The notes beneath the pieces were generated by a model, which had not been told where the DNA came from, searched no databases, and saw only the letters and a program-made list of their open reading frames with translations. A stretch of 64,000 nucleotides of DNA from positions 45,944,001-46,008,000 of the forward strand of contig CM097885.1 in the NCBI GenBank assembly GCA_044892525.1. The letters are read 5' to 3'. Position numbers and translations under genes: made by a program. Shown piece after piece: positions 13,247 to 27,948 of this stretch (positions are counted from its first letter, which is position 1; the number at the start of each line of letters is the position of its first letter). Source of the DNA: Schmidtea polychroa (lineage: Eukaryota).

Positions 13247-14729
13247 TAACATTTTTTCCTATTTACCAAAAGTAATTTTCATTTTTAATAATTGAGATAT
13301 GAGAAGAAGATAATTGAAATTTTTTTAACTAAATCTACAAAATCACGATTTTTATGTTTCCTTCATTCCAAACGATACCAGATTACCAGATAAACACATC
13401 CGTATCGGATATCTATAGGTAGAATTCAACAATTTTCATTTATTTGTCCATGATTTAAATGAAATATTTAGATAATTTGTATCATCTTCCTATATCAAGT
13501 TGAAATTTTTATCATTGAAACAATGATTTGTAATGAGATTCAATCATTTCACGCATTTGAAAGTAGCTACAGCTTTTTGTGAGAACTCTATTTTACAATT
13601 ACAACCATTTGATCTTTAGATGAAAATGTAAATAAAGATGTGTACTTTGAAAATGAAGCAAACTTTTTATTTTCTTCAAACATGTTTAATAATTATGCAT
13701 TATTTATTACTACAAAACACACAAAAGTTGACCGGTAGAGCCCAAAATTTATTTAAGACAAAACCGGACTGGCTCTATTTCTATAATAAACGTCTCAGTT
13801 ATATAAATTATGATAGAGTTTCCTAATTTTCACTAATGATCGAAATAGCGTGATGTCGACTCTGCTGAAAATCCTTTACATTAATAAAATAGTATTTTAT
13901 TTAACAATTACTATTTCTTATATTCTATACTGGAAAGCCAGCGAGAAATATCTCAAACCCAGAATTATAAATTCTGGTAATAAAACAGACAAAAAATCAC
14001 TTAACCCAAAGACGTTAATTGTTCGTGGTCACCGAGGAGGGTTAAAATAAAGCATACACAGTTTACACATTTTATCAGGTAAAATTTATTGCTTTTGTAA
14101 GAACCACTTTTAATAAAGAAAATCAAATTTAGAGGTGAATTAGAAATTAGAATTCGAAATTGGCATTTTTTGTTGAGTATAATATCATTTGAAGAGTTAA
14201 AATACTTTATAAATAAGACAACTTCAGATTAACAGTTGTTTTTCTAAGAATCCCTCATTTCATCTAAGAAAGAGCCTAATTCTATTCAAAAGCAGAAGAG
14301 GATGAAATGAAACTACCACCTAAATGTCTTCAATTTTAAAATCTTTTATAACATTAAATGCAGAATTTAATTATAAGACTTTCTAAATACATAATATTTG
14401 CCATATCAACACTTTTCTTTAAGTTATAAAAAGTACTTTCAACAAATAAGAAACCAGCTACTAACGGTAATTTATATGTTTGTGAAGCACAGCATAAAAA
14501 CTAAGACATTTATATCAATAATAAGATTACTAAAAGAAAACATAAAGACAGCGATTTATTATAATAATTTGCATATATAAAGAGGTCATAAAAGATTCTT
14601 AATTAATTGAAGATTTTCTTCAATTTTTTGAATTATATTTTCTTTATTAGTGAAGAATACTGATTTTATTTCACCAGTTAGACGTTTCAAACCGGGCATT
14701 TAAAAAAAATTTAAATCTAAAATAAAATC

Positions 14730-15160
14730 GTGTAAAATATTTTTTTACGGGTGTCTAACATTAAAATAATATAAACATTACAAGCTTTGTGATACCCATT
14801 GCAAATCCCAATAGTAGACTAGTTTCGAGCTTTTGGCTCTCATCAGTACTATGCAGGAGACGCGAAGATTTCGCCAGGTAAGTATTCAATATTGCTGATT
14901 CAACTCTATTGCATACTTTACCTGCTACACTGGAAATCACATCACTTGCAAATTAGCTAAATCACAGAAAAAATATCTGCAAACTTGTAAACATGTAAAC
15001 GTAAAAAAATATTTTACACCATTACAAGTTAAAAGTGGTAAAGGTTTACGGATGCACTTGTAAACAGTTTCTGTGTATGACGGTGTCTTCAGAGGCGAAT
15101 ATGATTTTTCATACGCCATGTTTACAAGTTTGCAGATATTTTTTCTGTGATTTAGCAAAT
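14730..15160 (-). mobile_element. Retrozyme-like HHR element (family A), copy with an internal inversion
   Basis: 14730-14995 is the reverse complement of the unit at 29811-30273. ~15000-15160 matches the same unit in + orientation. A perfect 40-bp inverted repeat lies at 14956-14995 / 15117-15156. Confidence 0.8.
14811..14852 (-). ncRNA. Canonical type I hammerhead ribozyme (family A)
   Basis: Minus strand: ATAGTA-CTGATGA-GAGC(caaaa)GCTC-GAAA-CTAG-TC-TACTAT. Confidence 0.93.
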
Positions 15161-15413
15161 TAATTTTATTCAACATAAATGTGATTATGGTTTCGGCCGT
15201 TATTACTGTAGCGTCTTTTTGTCCCAAAGCTTCCACTGCTAAGTCTATATAAATATTATTATAAACGATTTTATAATTTTCTTAAAAGGAATATCAAGAA
15301 AAATCTAAGCTACAAAAAAAAATAAAAATGAAAAATATTTTTAAATGTCATATACAACTGACTTTATTCAAAATTATGTTTTTTTTGCAAAAAAATACTA
15401 TTTCTGATTTATT

Positions 15414-15692
15414 CAGTGCCGGCTTTAGGTATATGCGACATAAGCGGCTGCCTAAAGCGGTATTATTTTAAGGGTTGGCAAAATTAAGAAAAATTTAAAT
15501 TTAAAAGTAATTTTTATGTTATGATAATTATTTGTTGTTCTTCGTGCTACTAATATCACTTTTAATATAGAACGAAAAATATATAGCACTTTTATGTAGT
15601 ACCAAATTGTCTAAGGCCGGCACTGCGATCACCCCCATGGTCACAGACTATCCAAGCTGATTATCCAACTAGAGCGGCATTATTTCAAAATT
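15414..15692 (-). mobile_element. hAT-type MITE, truncated inverted copy of the 60939-61186 element
   Basis: Begins cagtgccggctttagg, contains an internal gccggcactg, and is collinear (reverse) with 60939-61186. Confidence 0.75.
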
Positions 15693-16284
15693 GAATTAGA
15701 ATAAAAAATTATAGATTTGAGAATTAATAGCTTATATTATAAGCGATATATAAGCTATATATAAAGGACATAATATATATTATCATTGGGGCAAATTTTG
15801 AATCAGATTTATAATTTCGTTGACACTCTTTCTTGGATTGAATCTTTACTCAATGTTTTGACCAGTGTGAAATTAACATCCATACTGTTGGAATAGTCTT
15901 TTTGAGGTCCGTCATCACACACTTTTATTTAAGATTAATTGAGTTCACTTAAATTTTGTTATTAGTCGATTTGTCTGTCATTAGAATAAAGACTATATGA
16001 CATAAGACCTGTACTTAATGTCTTGGGTGTACTTAAGAAAATCGTTTACTTTTATCCTTTTCTTCTACGCATATTGTGTATCCAATATTTTTAGATTTGG
16101 AAAATATGAGGCGAGTTAAGTTATAATTCAATAGTTTGCTTGATGAAGTGAACATATAGAATCCGTCTAGTGTCGGTTGTAAATATGTCTCTGAATGTTC
16201 CTAAAACTATATGAAGTGTTGTCAGTTTTGTTTATTGTGTTTGTTCTTTGACTTTTTGTTTCATTTTTTAATTTCAACTTTAAC

Positions 16285-16684
16285 CAGTACTTTTTTTCTG
16301 ATGGAAAACTCCGGAACGGCGTTCCAGCACCTTTTTTCGCTGAATGATTTTAAAAAATTGACATATGTTTTGGTTTTTTGTCATATTTCTATTTCTGGCA
16401 TTTCAAATAGTCAATTACAATCAAATTAAAAGTAGTAGTCGTGAATAAGCTAGTGAATAAGCGAGTGAATAAGCTATCCTATGTGTTGTTACTATTATAT
16501 AAAACACGCTCACGGTAAATATACGCCATTAATATACTACATCATTAAAATCGTTTCCTGTCGTCGGTGTTGTAAATTCACATTGTAAAATAATCAATAT
16601 ATGTAAAATTTCAAAAAATTGAATTATAAAATAAATTTACTACAGATACGTTCCGGCACCTTTTTTTCAAGAAAAAAATTACTG
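16285..16684. mobile_element. MITE (probably hAT)
   Basis: TIRs cagtactttttttct / agaaaaaaattactg, subterminal gttcc(a/g)gcacctttttt repeats, degenerate 8-bp TSD actttaac/gctttaat. Confidence 0.55.
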
Positions 16685-19600
16685 GCTTTAATTTTCTTTG
16701 TTTAATATTTTAATCCTTTAAAAAATTTTTGTATATTTTAATGTTAGTAGTAAATATAATAAAAATATTTCTTTCCAAAGTCAACTGTCTTTTTATTAGT
16801 GAATAAACCTGACTATCTAGTTGAATCTAAAAAGAGATTAAACTTCCAAATTTAAAAAAACAAAAGTAAGAGACTTTTTTCCTGAAGAAATGGGCATGTC
16901 TTTTTTATCATGAAATACCTTTATTACCTCTATTAGCTAAGTAAATTTTACCCTGCTAATTAATCCTTGGAAAATCTTTAACTCCTGCTATTGACACTTC
17001 AGAAAATTATATCTGAAATGTTTTCAAGTCACTATTGGAGGCCAAATCAGAATATGTTTTATTTTTAATTTTTTAATAGTTAAACTTGATTATATTTTTA
17101 TAAATAATTTTTATCAATAAAATGTATTTAAAAAATAAATTCTTAATTCTGTTACGGGTATTTTTCAATAAAATATTTTTGTTTACTATTTTTTTCATGT
17201 ATTTTTAATAGATAAATCAATTTAGAAAAAAAACATTGTAACAATCAACGGCTGATAGGCGGAAAACATTAAAACAAAACAAAAAATTCAATCCGAGAGA
17301 ATAAATGTTCCAATTTATTGAATGTTTCGATTTTATTGATCTAATGTCTACTGTGATTTATTGAGAATCCATATTCTTCACAGTTGAATGGAGCTCGAAA
17401 TAAAAAAAACAAACAGCTGATAAATTCATTACAATAATGGCTAATCTCAACAATAAATTCAACCTCTAATCAAATTATGGCACTGCAGATTCATGTGAGA
17501 AAGCTTCTGCATCAGTTGCTAGGCTGGAAATCGTCGACCATTAATTATTCAACCATTACCCGTTGCTGACCAGTATTGTTATTAAATTTTCGATAGCCAC
17601 CGATGAGAATTGTCCAGATGCACCGCAGGCGTTTCACGTCAATACTTTGTAAAGGTTTGCGTGACGTTTTTTGTGTATACAGAATAAGGCCAGGTGTGTC
17701 ATCATAACCAGAGGAATAACTGTTTTCTTTTTTTTGTTTAAACTGATCATTTTTCTTTAACGAATGAAAGGGTACATTTACATACATTTCAAGATGCAAT
17801 TTTTTGATTTAAAAGAAAAAATAATAAAACGGAATATTTTTTTTCATCACGAAATATATTTTACCAAATATCGAGAATATATGTGGAGAATTTCGTTTTT
17901 TGATAGAGGTAGTTATGGTTGATGAATATTAAAGATGTCTATTGAAATAATTTTGTAAATATTTTTATTATTAAATCCTAATAATTATATTATTCATCGG
18001 AATTGAATGGAATTCTTTACACCTCAAGTGAAGGTTGTCTTTCGATATTTTTTTTAAACTGATTTGAGGTTAAAATAAAAATTTAATTCATATTTTAAAA
18101 AACATGAATGAAATAAAAGAAAATGTTAAGAGGTTCATTGTAAAAGCTTTTTTTAATTAAAAATGTCTAATTTGGCATTATTTTACACTTCTATCGTATA
18201 TTTTAAAACTTCCTCTGGAATCCCTTATACTCATATTACCTACTTCTATAAAAATTATTTTCCTACTTTTAAGTCTAGATTGACTTTAAATATCCCCTCT
18301 TTCACTCTAAGTTTGTTTTATCAATTTTATTTTCAAAATTTATTTAATTACACATTTAAACAAACATAGTAATTTTTTGTTCAGATTTTATTTATTTATT
18401 TTTTCATTATTTGGATCATAAATAAAATTTCAAATAAGGAAAAACCAATTTGATCTATAATTGAGGTGAAAATAAATTGTATTTTAATGAAAATTACATG
18501 TAAGCCCATTTAAATTTATTAAAAATATTTTTGAAATATATAACACTTGATCCATTAGGTTAAATAACTCTTTGATAAATGATAAATGTTGCTCTTAAAT
18601 TTACTTTTATGCTTATTAAGGAGACATAGTTGTAACAAATTTTATTATCCAATACAAATCTTCAACACGCTATTAAATAACTCTTCATTGCATTATATCT
18701 AAAAATAGAGTTTATTGGATTTCTAATTATTGATACAGAATACCTGCAAACACACATACATTCTAACATTTATAAACAACATCTTGAGAAGTTATTATTT
18801 GAATGAAATATTTTAAAAAATTAATATTTTTTATCTCTGATTTATAGTTTGTACTCCTAATATTTATTATTAAATATAATAATTCAACAATTACACATCA
18901 TTTATTTTTTTTTAGTTTACTTACTAATATGGATTGATTTATTTTATTATTATATAATAACCCATAAAAATGACGGCCTTTTTCATGCTTGTATTTCAGC
19001 TTTAGATAATTAGTTATTTTTATGTCCTAGCAGTATTTAAATCAAAATACATAATTCTCTTCTAAAAAGTTATTTTTATATTCAAAGTTTTAAAATAAAA
19101 CGTCAAAATATTTATATGTAAAAAATAAATAGCGTTACAGAAATAGATTAGGAGGGTTAAATCGGCACTAGTTTTAAACAACTTTTTTCTATGAGCTGGA
19201 TTCTTAATATAAAGATATTTTATCCATACAGAAATTTAATGGGAGAATCCTAAAACACGATTATGATCTAAAGTTTGAAATTAAATTACTTTTAGAAAAA
19301 AGTGTTTTTATCCTTTTCCAGAATTTTATGATCAAGAATGAATGTCCATTTTTGCATTTTGTGCAAGCAATCTGGTAAATGAAAATTAAGAAGGGAAAAA
19401 AGCAGTTGAATGTACCTTCAATTTCCATAATTTAGGTAGTGTAAATCACAATAATACTCAGAAATGTGTTAAAAATATGTAAAGCTCAAAAAGTATTTAA
19501 GCCAGTCTTCTATGATTTTCGTAAATACAAGAACTCTTGTGCATTATTTGCACATCCATCTGAAAGTTTTACCAATGAATTAAAGGCCGACCTCTTTAAA

Positions 19601-20099
19601 TTGCACTATATAACACCCTTAAAAGTAAATTTAGAAGCGTTGTCTTTACTAGTTTTTATAAATTGTATTTGTAAATAGAAGAATTCCTTAAGTAACGTAG
19701 TCATCAAGAAAAATGCGTACCCCAGTGTGAGAACAGCTTTTTGAAGATGGCCACCAAAATAAGCAGAAAATTAAAAAAATTAGAAATATATTTACGAGTC
19801 GCTATTTCTAATATATGTTAAAGATTGTTGAAAGGCTCAATGTCAGATTTCTCAATAATATATATTTAAAATTTATTTATCAGTTTATAATCAAATTTAG
19901 AAAAAGAATTTACAAGTAAAAATAATGTCACTTACATTATTTAAGTTATATTGTGATTCAAAATGTAATTAAAGATTCTGAGCTTCTAAAATTCTGATCG
20001 CTAAATTACTTTTGTTTTAAATCTGGTCCTTCATTAGATAGATGTGAGACCGTTAGGTATAGATCAAGAACTTCCATTCACCTTAGAAAGTGTAAGTTT

Positions 20100-21512
20100 G
20101 TACTGGATCGAAACAGGACTGTTCTGGAAAAGAATGCCTTTATGGATATTCATTCTCAAGGATGAGGCCAAAGTCTGAGGCTTCAAAGCGTATAAGGATC
20201 GCGTGACTATTGTTATGTGTGAAAATACTGAGTGATTTATGCTCAAGCCTGGCCTTATCTTCAAGGTCAAGAACCCTAGGGCCCTAAAGAATAAAAACAA
20301 GAGCATGCTGATAGTGTATTGGAATGCACAACAACAAGGGCTGGATTTCGAAGCAGTTGACATTGGATTGATTCCACGAGTGCTTTAATCTCCCAAGTCA
20401 AGTGGTATCTTGAAGAGAAGGTACTGTCATTTAATGTCTTTCTTTTCACGGAAAATGCTAGAGGTCATGCGCATGACCTATCCTACAATGGTGTAAGGAT
20501 CGATTTCCTTCCTTCAAAAGCTACTTCGGTGACCAATCCCATGGATAAAGGCGTTATTAGTGCGTTCAATGTCATTTATACTCGAAACACCCTACAGCAA
20601 CTTATTAAAGCCATGAACTTTGAGGAGAGCTTTTTGTTGAAGCAATATTGGTGGTAGTTTATCATCGCGATCTGTCTGAAGAACATTCTGACCGCGTTAA
20701 ATTACATGAAGGCGGAAACTTTGAAGTTCAGCTGGAAGAACTTTTGGCCTGAAATTGTGCAAACTTATAATAAGTGGATAGCAAATGATTATAAGCAACT
20801 CGGGAGTGGATAATGCAGTTAGACTAATTTGGCTACTGTGAACAAAAGTATTCGCGGATATGACTCACTATGGTGTGAATGAGTCTCTAGAGATGTCTTC
20901 AGATACCGTAACTGATTATGATCTGATGGAGATGATTGAGTCTGTGAATGAGAAGGAGAAGAAAGAGCAGTCAAAGGGTCACGGAGGTCAGGAGAAATTT
21001 GACCTTACTCTTTAGCGTATCTCGCGAGTCGTGAGAATTTGTAATGATTGGTGAATGGGACCCACAAATGATACGTGCATTGAGGTTTCAGAATGCTCTT
21101 GATGGTGCGATAGAACCCTACAAAAGTCTTCTCCCCATATGAAAAAAAGCGCCAGCAATTGCTTATCACGATGATCTTCAACCGTGTAGTTAGACACCGG
21201 CTGCCTATGCCTACTACTTCTTCAGTAGAAGAAATCAACGGCGCACTTGATGAAGATATTATCATGTATGTACTATAATGTGTAATACATAATATGTCTT
21301 ATTTTCTCTTGTTTTGTCTAATGTATGAGAAAATGGATAATATAATGGTGACTAAAGGGGTTTTATTCCATGTCCAGAATTTTAATACTCCTATTTAAAG
21401 TGTCGTGAATATATTTTCAATGCTCTGACTACGAAAATATTCAATTTATTAACAAAGAATCCTACTTCACAGAGTCTTGAATGGATTTACCGCAATAAAT
21501 AAGGGATTACTG
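20100..21512 (+). mobile_element. Tigger/pogo DNA transposon remnant (decayed DDE transposase)
   Basis: Translatable fragments ETGLFWKRMP, GFKAYKDRVTIVMC, KPGLIFKVKNPRALKNKNK..LIVYW and PMDKGVISAF..IYTRN with stops and frameshifts. The 3' end agggattactg|TA is Tigger-like. Confidence 0.85.
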
Positions 21513-21961
21513 TATAATATTTTAAAATATGTAGCTCCCATAAAGAATTAAGTAGGTTATATATAGTTAACAAATAAATAAAATATGTCAAGATCAAAGG
21601 TCAACTTAAGGTTAAATAAAACAAATCAAACATAATACAAATCAAAATAAGTAGTTTGAATATTAAATTTTCAATTTCAATAAAGGGAGTCACACATAAA
21701 ATTAATTAGATCAAATATTAATTAAGTCACATAAGGAATTTTCGATTTAAATAATGTAAGTTATATATAAATTAAGTAAGTTAGGTACAGAATGAAAGTT
21801 TATATTTAAATTAAAAATGTAAAAAGGGTAAGCGTCAAAGTCAAATTAAATTTATAATGTCATATAAAGTAGGTCCATATATGAACTTATATAAAATGCG
21901 TAAATCAAATATATACAATGTAAATTCAAGGAGTAATAAGTAGGCCAAATTACATCGGTCA

Positions 21962-22181
<220 letters not shown>

Positions 22182-22295
22182 GTATAAAGTGATGATTTCT
22201 TGGTAGCAGAATTAATTATTTATTTAAAACAATAAAATATTTTCATTATATACATTATTCGCAGCAAATCAATGTTTTTCTTGATATTCAAAATT

Positions 22296-22440
22296 ACTTG
22301 AAAAAGTCAGTGCCAAAAGTTCGTGAATAACAAAAACATCGATATCTTTACGGATTTATATCTTTACTGATTCAAGTTTTTTAATAAATACAATGTCAAT
22401 TGAAAAGAAATCAGTGGTGAAAATTGAAAAATATTTTTAT
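22296..22440 (+). repeat. Dispersed ~130-bp repeat family (copy 2)
   Basis: Matches 4963-5093 and is followed by a short aat run. Confidence 0.8.
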
Positions 22441-22849
22441 AATACAGTAATAATTATAATAATAATAATAATAAAATTTACGTTTAACTAAACACTCGAT
22501 CTTAAATTGAACTATTTTTTAGGATGACATCTCACATCTAACTACTCTTTTATCAAAAATAACAGTAATGAGTTGAAATGGCAGAGATTAAAAAAAAGAA
22601 AGCGAAAGCAACATTGGAAATATATGTAAGTGCCGGCAAATTACAACCTATAAACGCTAGAGTCACATATGGAGAAAACAGATAAAAACCTAAAAGAATG
22701 ACAGAAGAAAATTGACGAAATATTTGTAGAAAACTATAAAAGTGAAATAATAGTATTACAGTAATCAAAGGAAGCACGTAGAAATTAAAGTAACCAGTCG
22801 ATTGAATCAAACATATCAAAGAAGTTCGATTGAAAAATTATTGGAGTTA

Positions 22850-23300
22850 TTGATTTTTGTTCAAGATTTCCTTGCTCTATTTGAGTGAAATAACAGCTGT
22901 AGCATGAGCGATATGGAACAATGAATAACAAAGTTCGGAATTCCAGAAAGAATGCATTCTGATAAAAGAACGAATTTTTAACCAAAGAACTCTGAAGAAT
23001 AATGGGAACAAAAATCGTTAGCATCTTCATACTAGCCTCAATCTGATGGGATAATCAAAAGGTTGTCTTCGAAGAAACCTTCAGTATATATTCAACTTAA
23101 ATTATTAAATTATTACCAGAATCTCAGATGCAATCGAGAATGCAGTAAAATCGGGTGAATCTTATTTCAAGTTGAAAGACGTGGTTATCTCAAAATACAC
23201 CTTAAATCTAACCGCATTATTCGGCAGACAAATCCAAACTTAGCTCATGGCTACCCCAACTCACACTCAGTTACTCAAGCAAATCATTCACAGCTGGGAG
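22850..23300 (+). mobile_element. Ty3/Gypsy integrase remnant
   Basis: GIPERMHSDKRTNF (~22937) and SY*PQSDGIIKRL (~23030) match the integrase core motifs HSDQGxNF and YHPQSxGxxER. Boundaries are approximate. Confidence 0.75.
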
Positions 23301-24076
23301 GCCTTGGAACCAGGAATTATTTATGAATAGCATGCCAACGTTCATAAAAGCAATTTTATCAACAGCAACTACGAATGAATTCTAGCAGGTGGAAATGTTC
23401 AAGATTCAAGCTATTTCAACAAACGGAGGTGGTGGACAGCAACGTTGAGAGAGAAATACATAGCCTAATAGCCAGAGTATAAATGTTGTAGTTGGAAATA
23501 GTGATCTCACGTCACCAACTCCCTGATAAGAACCAAAAATTATCTAAACTGAGAGGGTAATAACATCACATAATGTTATTTTCATTTTTGATTTGGCCAA
23601 AATTCCAAGAAATGCCGGCAGGTTTGCAAGTTTATCATGTTGGACGCTTGTATTTCCCACAATATGAAACATAAGGCCACAAATTTATGTGCACCAAATT
23701 GCATATTCTTCAAAATCACTCAACAGTAGTCTTCGAAATTCTAGTGGAACCAGTTGGTTGTTTTCTCTTATTTCAGGTTAATTCACCTTCTGTGACTAGA
23801 GCATCACTTCAAAACCAGATTCGATCATCGTCCGTAAATTTTCATGTGGATTCCGTTTCTTGTAATTTCGTATTACCAGTCAATTTTTTTAAAAATCCTT
23901 CGATCATTTATGTATGTTTCTATAATGTAAGATTATTGATTTTTTGTTATATTATAGAAAACGGTTCTCAGTGGCGTTTGGTGTATAATAGGCACAATCG
24001 ATTAAACTGTAGGAAATATACAACAAATCATGTGTTTGTGCTTGCATTGAAATATTTGAAGTTGCACGAGAAAATT

Positions 24077-24300
24077 AAAGTGTAAAAGGATCTTATGTAA
24101 AAAATTCTTAAATTTAATAAAAATTATTTTTTAATTTAAATTTAAAATTTTTTGAATTTATTTAAAAATAATCAATTATTTAGTTTATAAAGTGTAAAAG
24201 GATCTTATGTAAAAAATTCTTAAATTTAATAAAAATTATTTTTTAATTTAAATTTAAATTTTTTGAATTTATTTAAAAATAATCAATTACTTAGTTTATA
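24077..24300. repeat. Near-perfect 112-bp tandem duplication
   Basis: aaagtgtaaaaggatcttatg...tagtttata starts at both 24077 and 24189. Confidence 0.9.
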
Positions 24301-25001
24301 ATTTTTAAAAAGAATTTTTTATAATTTTATTAAAGTAAGTAATTTAAAATCGGTTTAGTTTATTCGTTTCGACCTGAGAATAACAGTGAATCTGTCAAAA
24401 TATATAATACGAGTAATGTTCGAATGGCGTAATCTAATATTTAAAGCAGTGTAGGCAACATCAAATTTGAATTGACATATGGGAGAAATTTTTTTATTCC
24501 AATTGGTTATTTCCTGTAGCAAATTCTTGATGTAAAAACTAGCTATTTAACTAAGAATCGAAAAACCATATTGCCACAACTTAACATAATTCGACAAAAA
24601 TATTAGACTGAAAAATTGGGAGTGTAAAAGAAGTTTAAAGTAAAAGCCAAATGTATTTTTAAAGTTAAATCAAAGTGAAAATAAAAAGCAAACAAGGTCA
24701 AGACTCCGAAAAGCAATTAATCTGTGATGTCCAAGATTGTGATATCATTGACAACATTTAATAGTACTGTTTCTACCGAATGGTCTAATTTATTATTCAT
24801 TGTGGCAGTGAAATATTCAAAGAATGTCTTAAAGAATTGGTCTTCATATAAGCATTATGTTCAACAAATCTTATGAATAAACTAAATTAATAAATAAATC
24901 TTTGTTTACTTCCCTAAACTTCCCTAAACGAGCAGTTCAGTTAAAAATGTTTAATGAGAACTTAACAAATATTTAAATTAAAACCTTAATATTATGAAAA
25001 C

Positions 25002-25113
<112 letters not shown>

Positions 25114-25869
25114 TATAGAACTGAAAAATACTTTCATTTTATTTAATAAGATTTCCACAATTTTCAACTTGGTAGTTATTAGTTTGTAATAATACAATAA
25201 TATATTATCTTTCATATAAAATGTTTAATGGATATGTTTACTTAATCTTGTTCGGTGGACCACATCGATACAACATGAATCAAGTCATGAATAATGAAAA
25301 GCACCAGATTTTACAATTGTTGGGGCAATTGGTGAGGAGTCAGTCAACTGCAAGAAGCAAGAAACTGGATCTGTGAACAGTTCTGTATGTTGCGGTTCCC
25401 TTGAGAATTAGATAACACAATTAGGCGCTGATATACTCATATTTCAGTCGGCTGATGACAATTGATCCGTGACTACTTCTACAGCATGGGTTCAGATGAT
25501 AACCAGCACCCAGATGACTTGGATACATTGTGTCAAAATTAATTCCAAACAACAGTTACACAGAAGATGCTGGAATTTCATAAATGGGTTCATCAGTAAG
25601 GAGTTAGCTGGGTTTGTCTGTGATATTCCAGCAAAAGACCGTTCCATAAAAGTGTACACAGTGCTGTCCACTACTGGTATTATTCTCATCCCAATGTAAC
25701 AATTAGTATTAATTAACTTATGCAATTTCACAATTGCAAATATTATAAATTTCAGCGATTAATAAATAATTTTCTCTTTTTAATTAATCTCCTGTTAGCG
25801 ACAATTTGGAATTGAAATTGTTTTTATGAAGATTTTTAAATGTACTTTATTTAAAATTAAAAAAAATTC

Positions 25870-26300
25870 CTGCCCGTCTGTTTCGGGGATTATTTTATAA
25901 ATTTTTATTGATAGATTTAAAAAAATTATTTATTAATGTCTGCAAGATTTGGAATTTTATCAATTCTTAAATAGGAACTTGGAAACATTATTTTCAGCAA
26001 TGGAAATAGTGTGGGCTGAAGAATTTCATTTATTGCATTTTTTTGGTTATTTACACATAATTATGTATAAAATTTGTCCATGAGGTAATCTTTTTTTTAT
26101 ATCCTTTTCTGCAACTACTTCTGAAATTCGATTTCTTCAGAAAGTTCAGAAAATTGTTTGGTTTTGCAATAATTTCAATGACTTGTTTTGGAATGAAAAA
26201 AAATACTTGGAATATTCAACTTTTTTATGACCGTTTAAATTAAATAAAATTTAAAAGCTCTTTGTCGAAATCGCTAAAAATATGACTTGAAAGAAAACAT
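25870..26300 (+). mobile_element. Possible MULE transposase remnant
   Basis: Broken fragments (..SAMEIVWAEEFHLLH.., SFSATTSEIRFLQKVQKI) loosely resemble the MULE D..A...V.P...H..C.H region. Confidence 0.3.
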
Positions 26301-27440
26301 AAAGTAAAATGACTAAAGTAAAGTATTCATGTTATATTTCATATTTTTTGCGTTATATTGTCGCCCATCTTTCTATATTACGGATCAAGAATATATTGGA
26401 GTAAAAAATGAAAAATATTATTTATATTTCGATAAAAATGTGAGGATTTTATTCAATATAAAAGTATTATAAAATCCACCTTTATTGCATATAATTTGTG
26501 AGGACTTAAAGATTGAAGAATTACAAAAGATTATTGAAAATTCAATTTTAAAAATGCAATGCAAAGATTCGAGAGAGTTTATTAAAGATTAAATAATTTT
26601 AAATTTCAAAAAGACAATTTTTTTTTATTTTTAAAACTACCTTGCTGAATTTTCAAAGAATGAATTGAATCACAACTATTTGAAAATATTGAAATTTTAA
26701 TACTACAATTTGTTTTAATGATACAATTTGTTTTAATGCTGCAATTTAAAGAAGATACAATTAATTTTATTGGAATAAATATTATTTGAAAATTTAATAA
26801 TGAATTTACATTTACCCCACCCCATAAGTATCATTTGGAAATACTATAAATTTACTTAATCTAAAATGTAATAGAAAAAACTTTATATGAGGTATTTTGT
26901 GAAAAATGTAAGAGTATGTTTACTACACAGTTCCTATCATATATGCTTATTTATGGTGAATATAAAATAAGAGTTGGCCATAAATTCCCCGAAAATACAA
27001 TACTCAACAAATCTAATCAAAATCATAATAATTCATATATATTCTAAGTTTAATAGACCAAATGGTTACGCAGTTCGTAAACACTCATTGCGACAATTTT
27101 TGCACAATGTTTTCTGGCTGACACCAATTAGGAACCACCATTTGAAACCTTGGTTGAAGTACCATAATAAACTCAATGAAAGACTAGTATTGATTTGGCA
27201 GCTGGTTTTGAAGATCTCTACCTTCAACTATATCCAATTTAAATGAAACTTGAACAGGTGCTGAAGTGTGCTCAATTTTTACCGAGAAAATTTCTGTTAA
27301 GTGTAACATTGACACATTTATAATCAAATTTATTTTAAGTGAGACCAAAACACAAAATTCTTACAAAAATTGATAAATCAATATCTAATTTAGGGAAATT
27401 TTTAGATTTTTATTTATGATTTGCCTTATAATCCAAGTTT

Positions 27441-27617
<177 letters not shown>

Positions 27618-27948
27618 ACTTTTTTCAATTTTCATCTCTGATTTCTTTTCAATTGACATTGTATTTAAAACCCATTTAGTTGCTTAGAATGATTTTATTT
27701 AACTATTAAAATGATTAGCGTTGTAAATAAATATTTTAAATATGCAATTTGTATTTACGCAATTACATTGTCTGGGGGGTGGGCACCCATCGAATTGAAA
27801 TTATGAGAATTATCAAAGACAACAAATTCATAACCTTCAAAGATAATGCGCTAATGTAATGTAATGTCAAATCTAAAAATAATTTATCATAAACAAAAAC
27901 GTATTGAAGTTTCGTATTTTGACTATCGTCAAATGTTATTTATTATTA

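Noticed and set aside
25570..25600. Minus-strand CTGATGA...GAAA resembling an HHR
   Set aside because: No helix II or helix I pairing.
25230..25731. Possible I-clade LINE 3' remnant on the minus strand (IVISRLK...LKG)
   Set aside because: Similarity is too fragmentary to support without a profile search.
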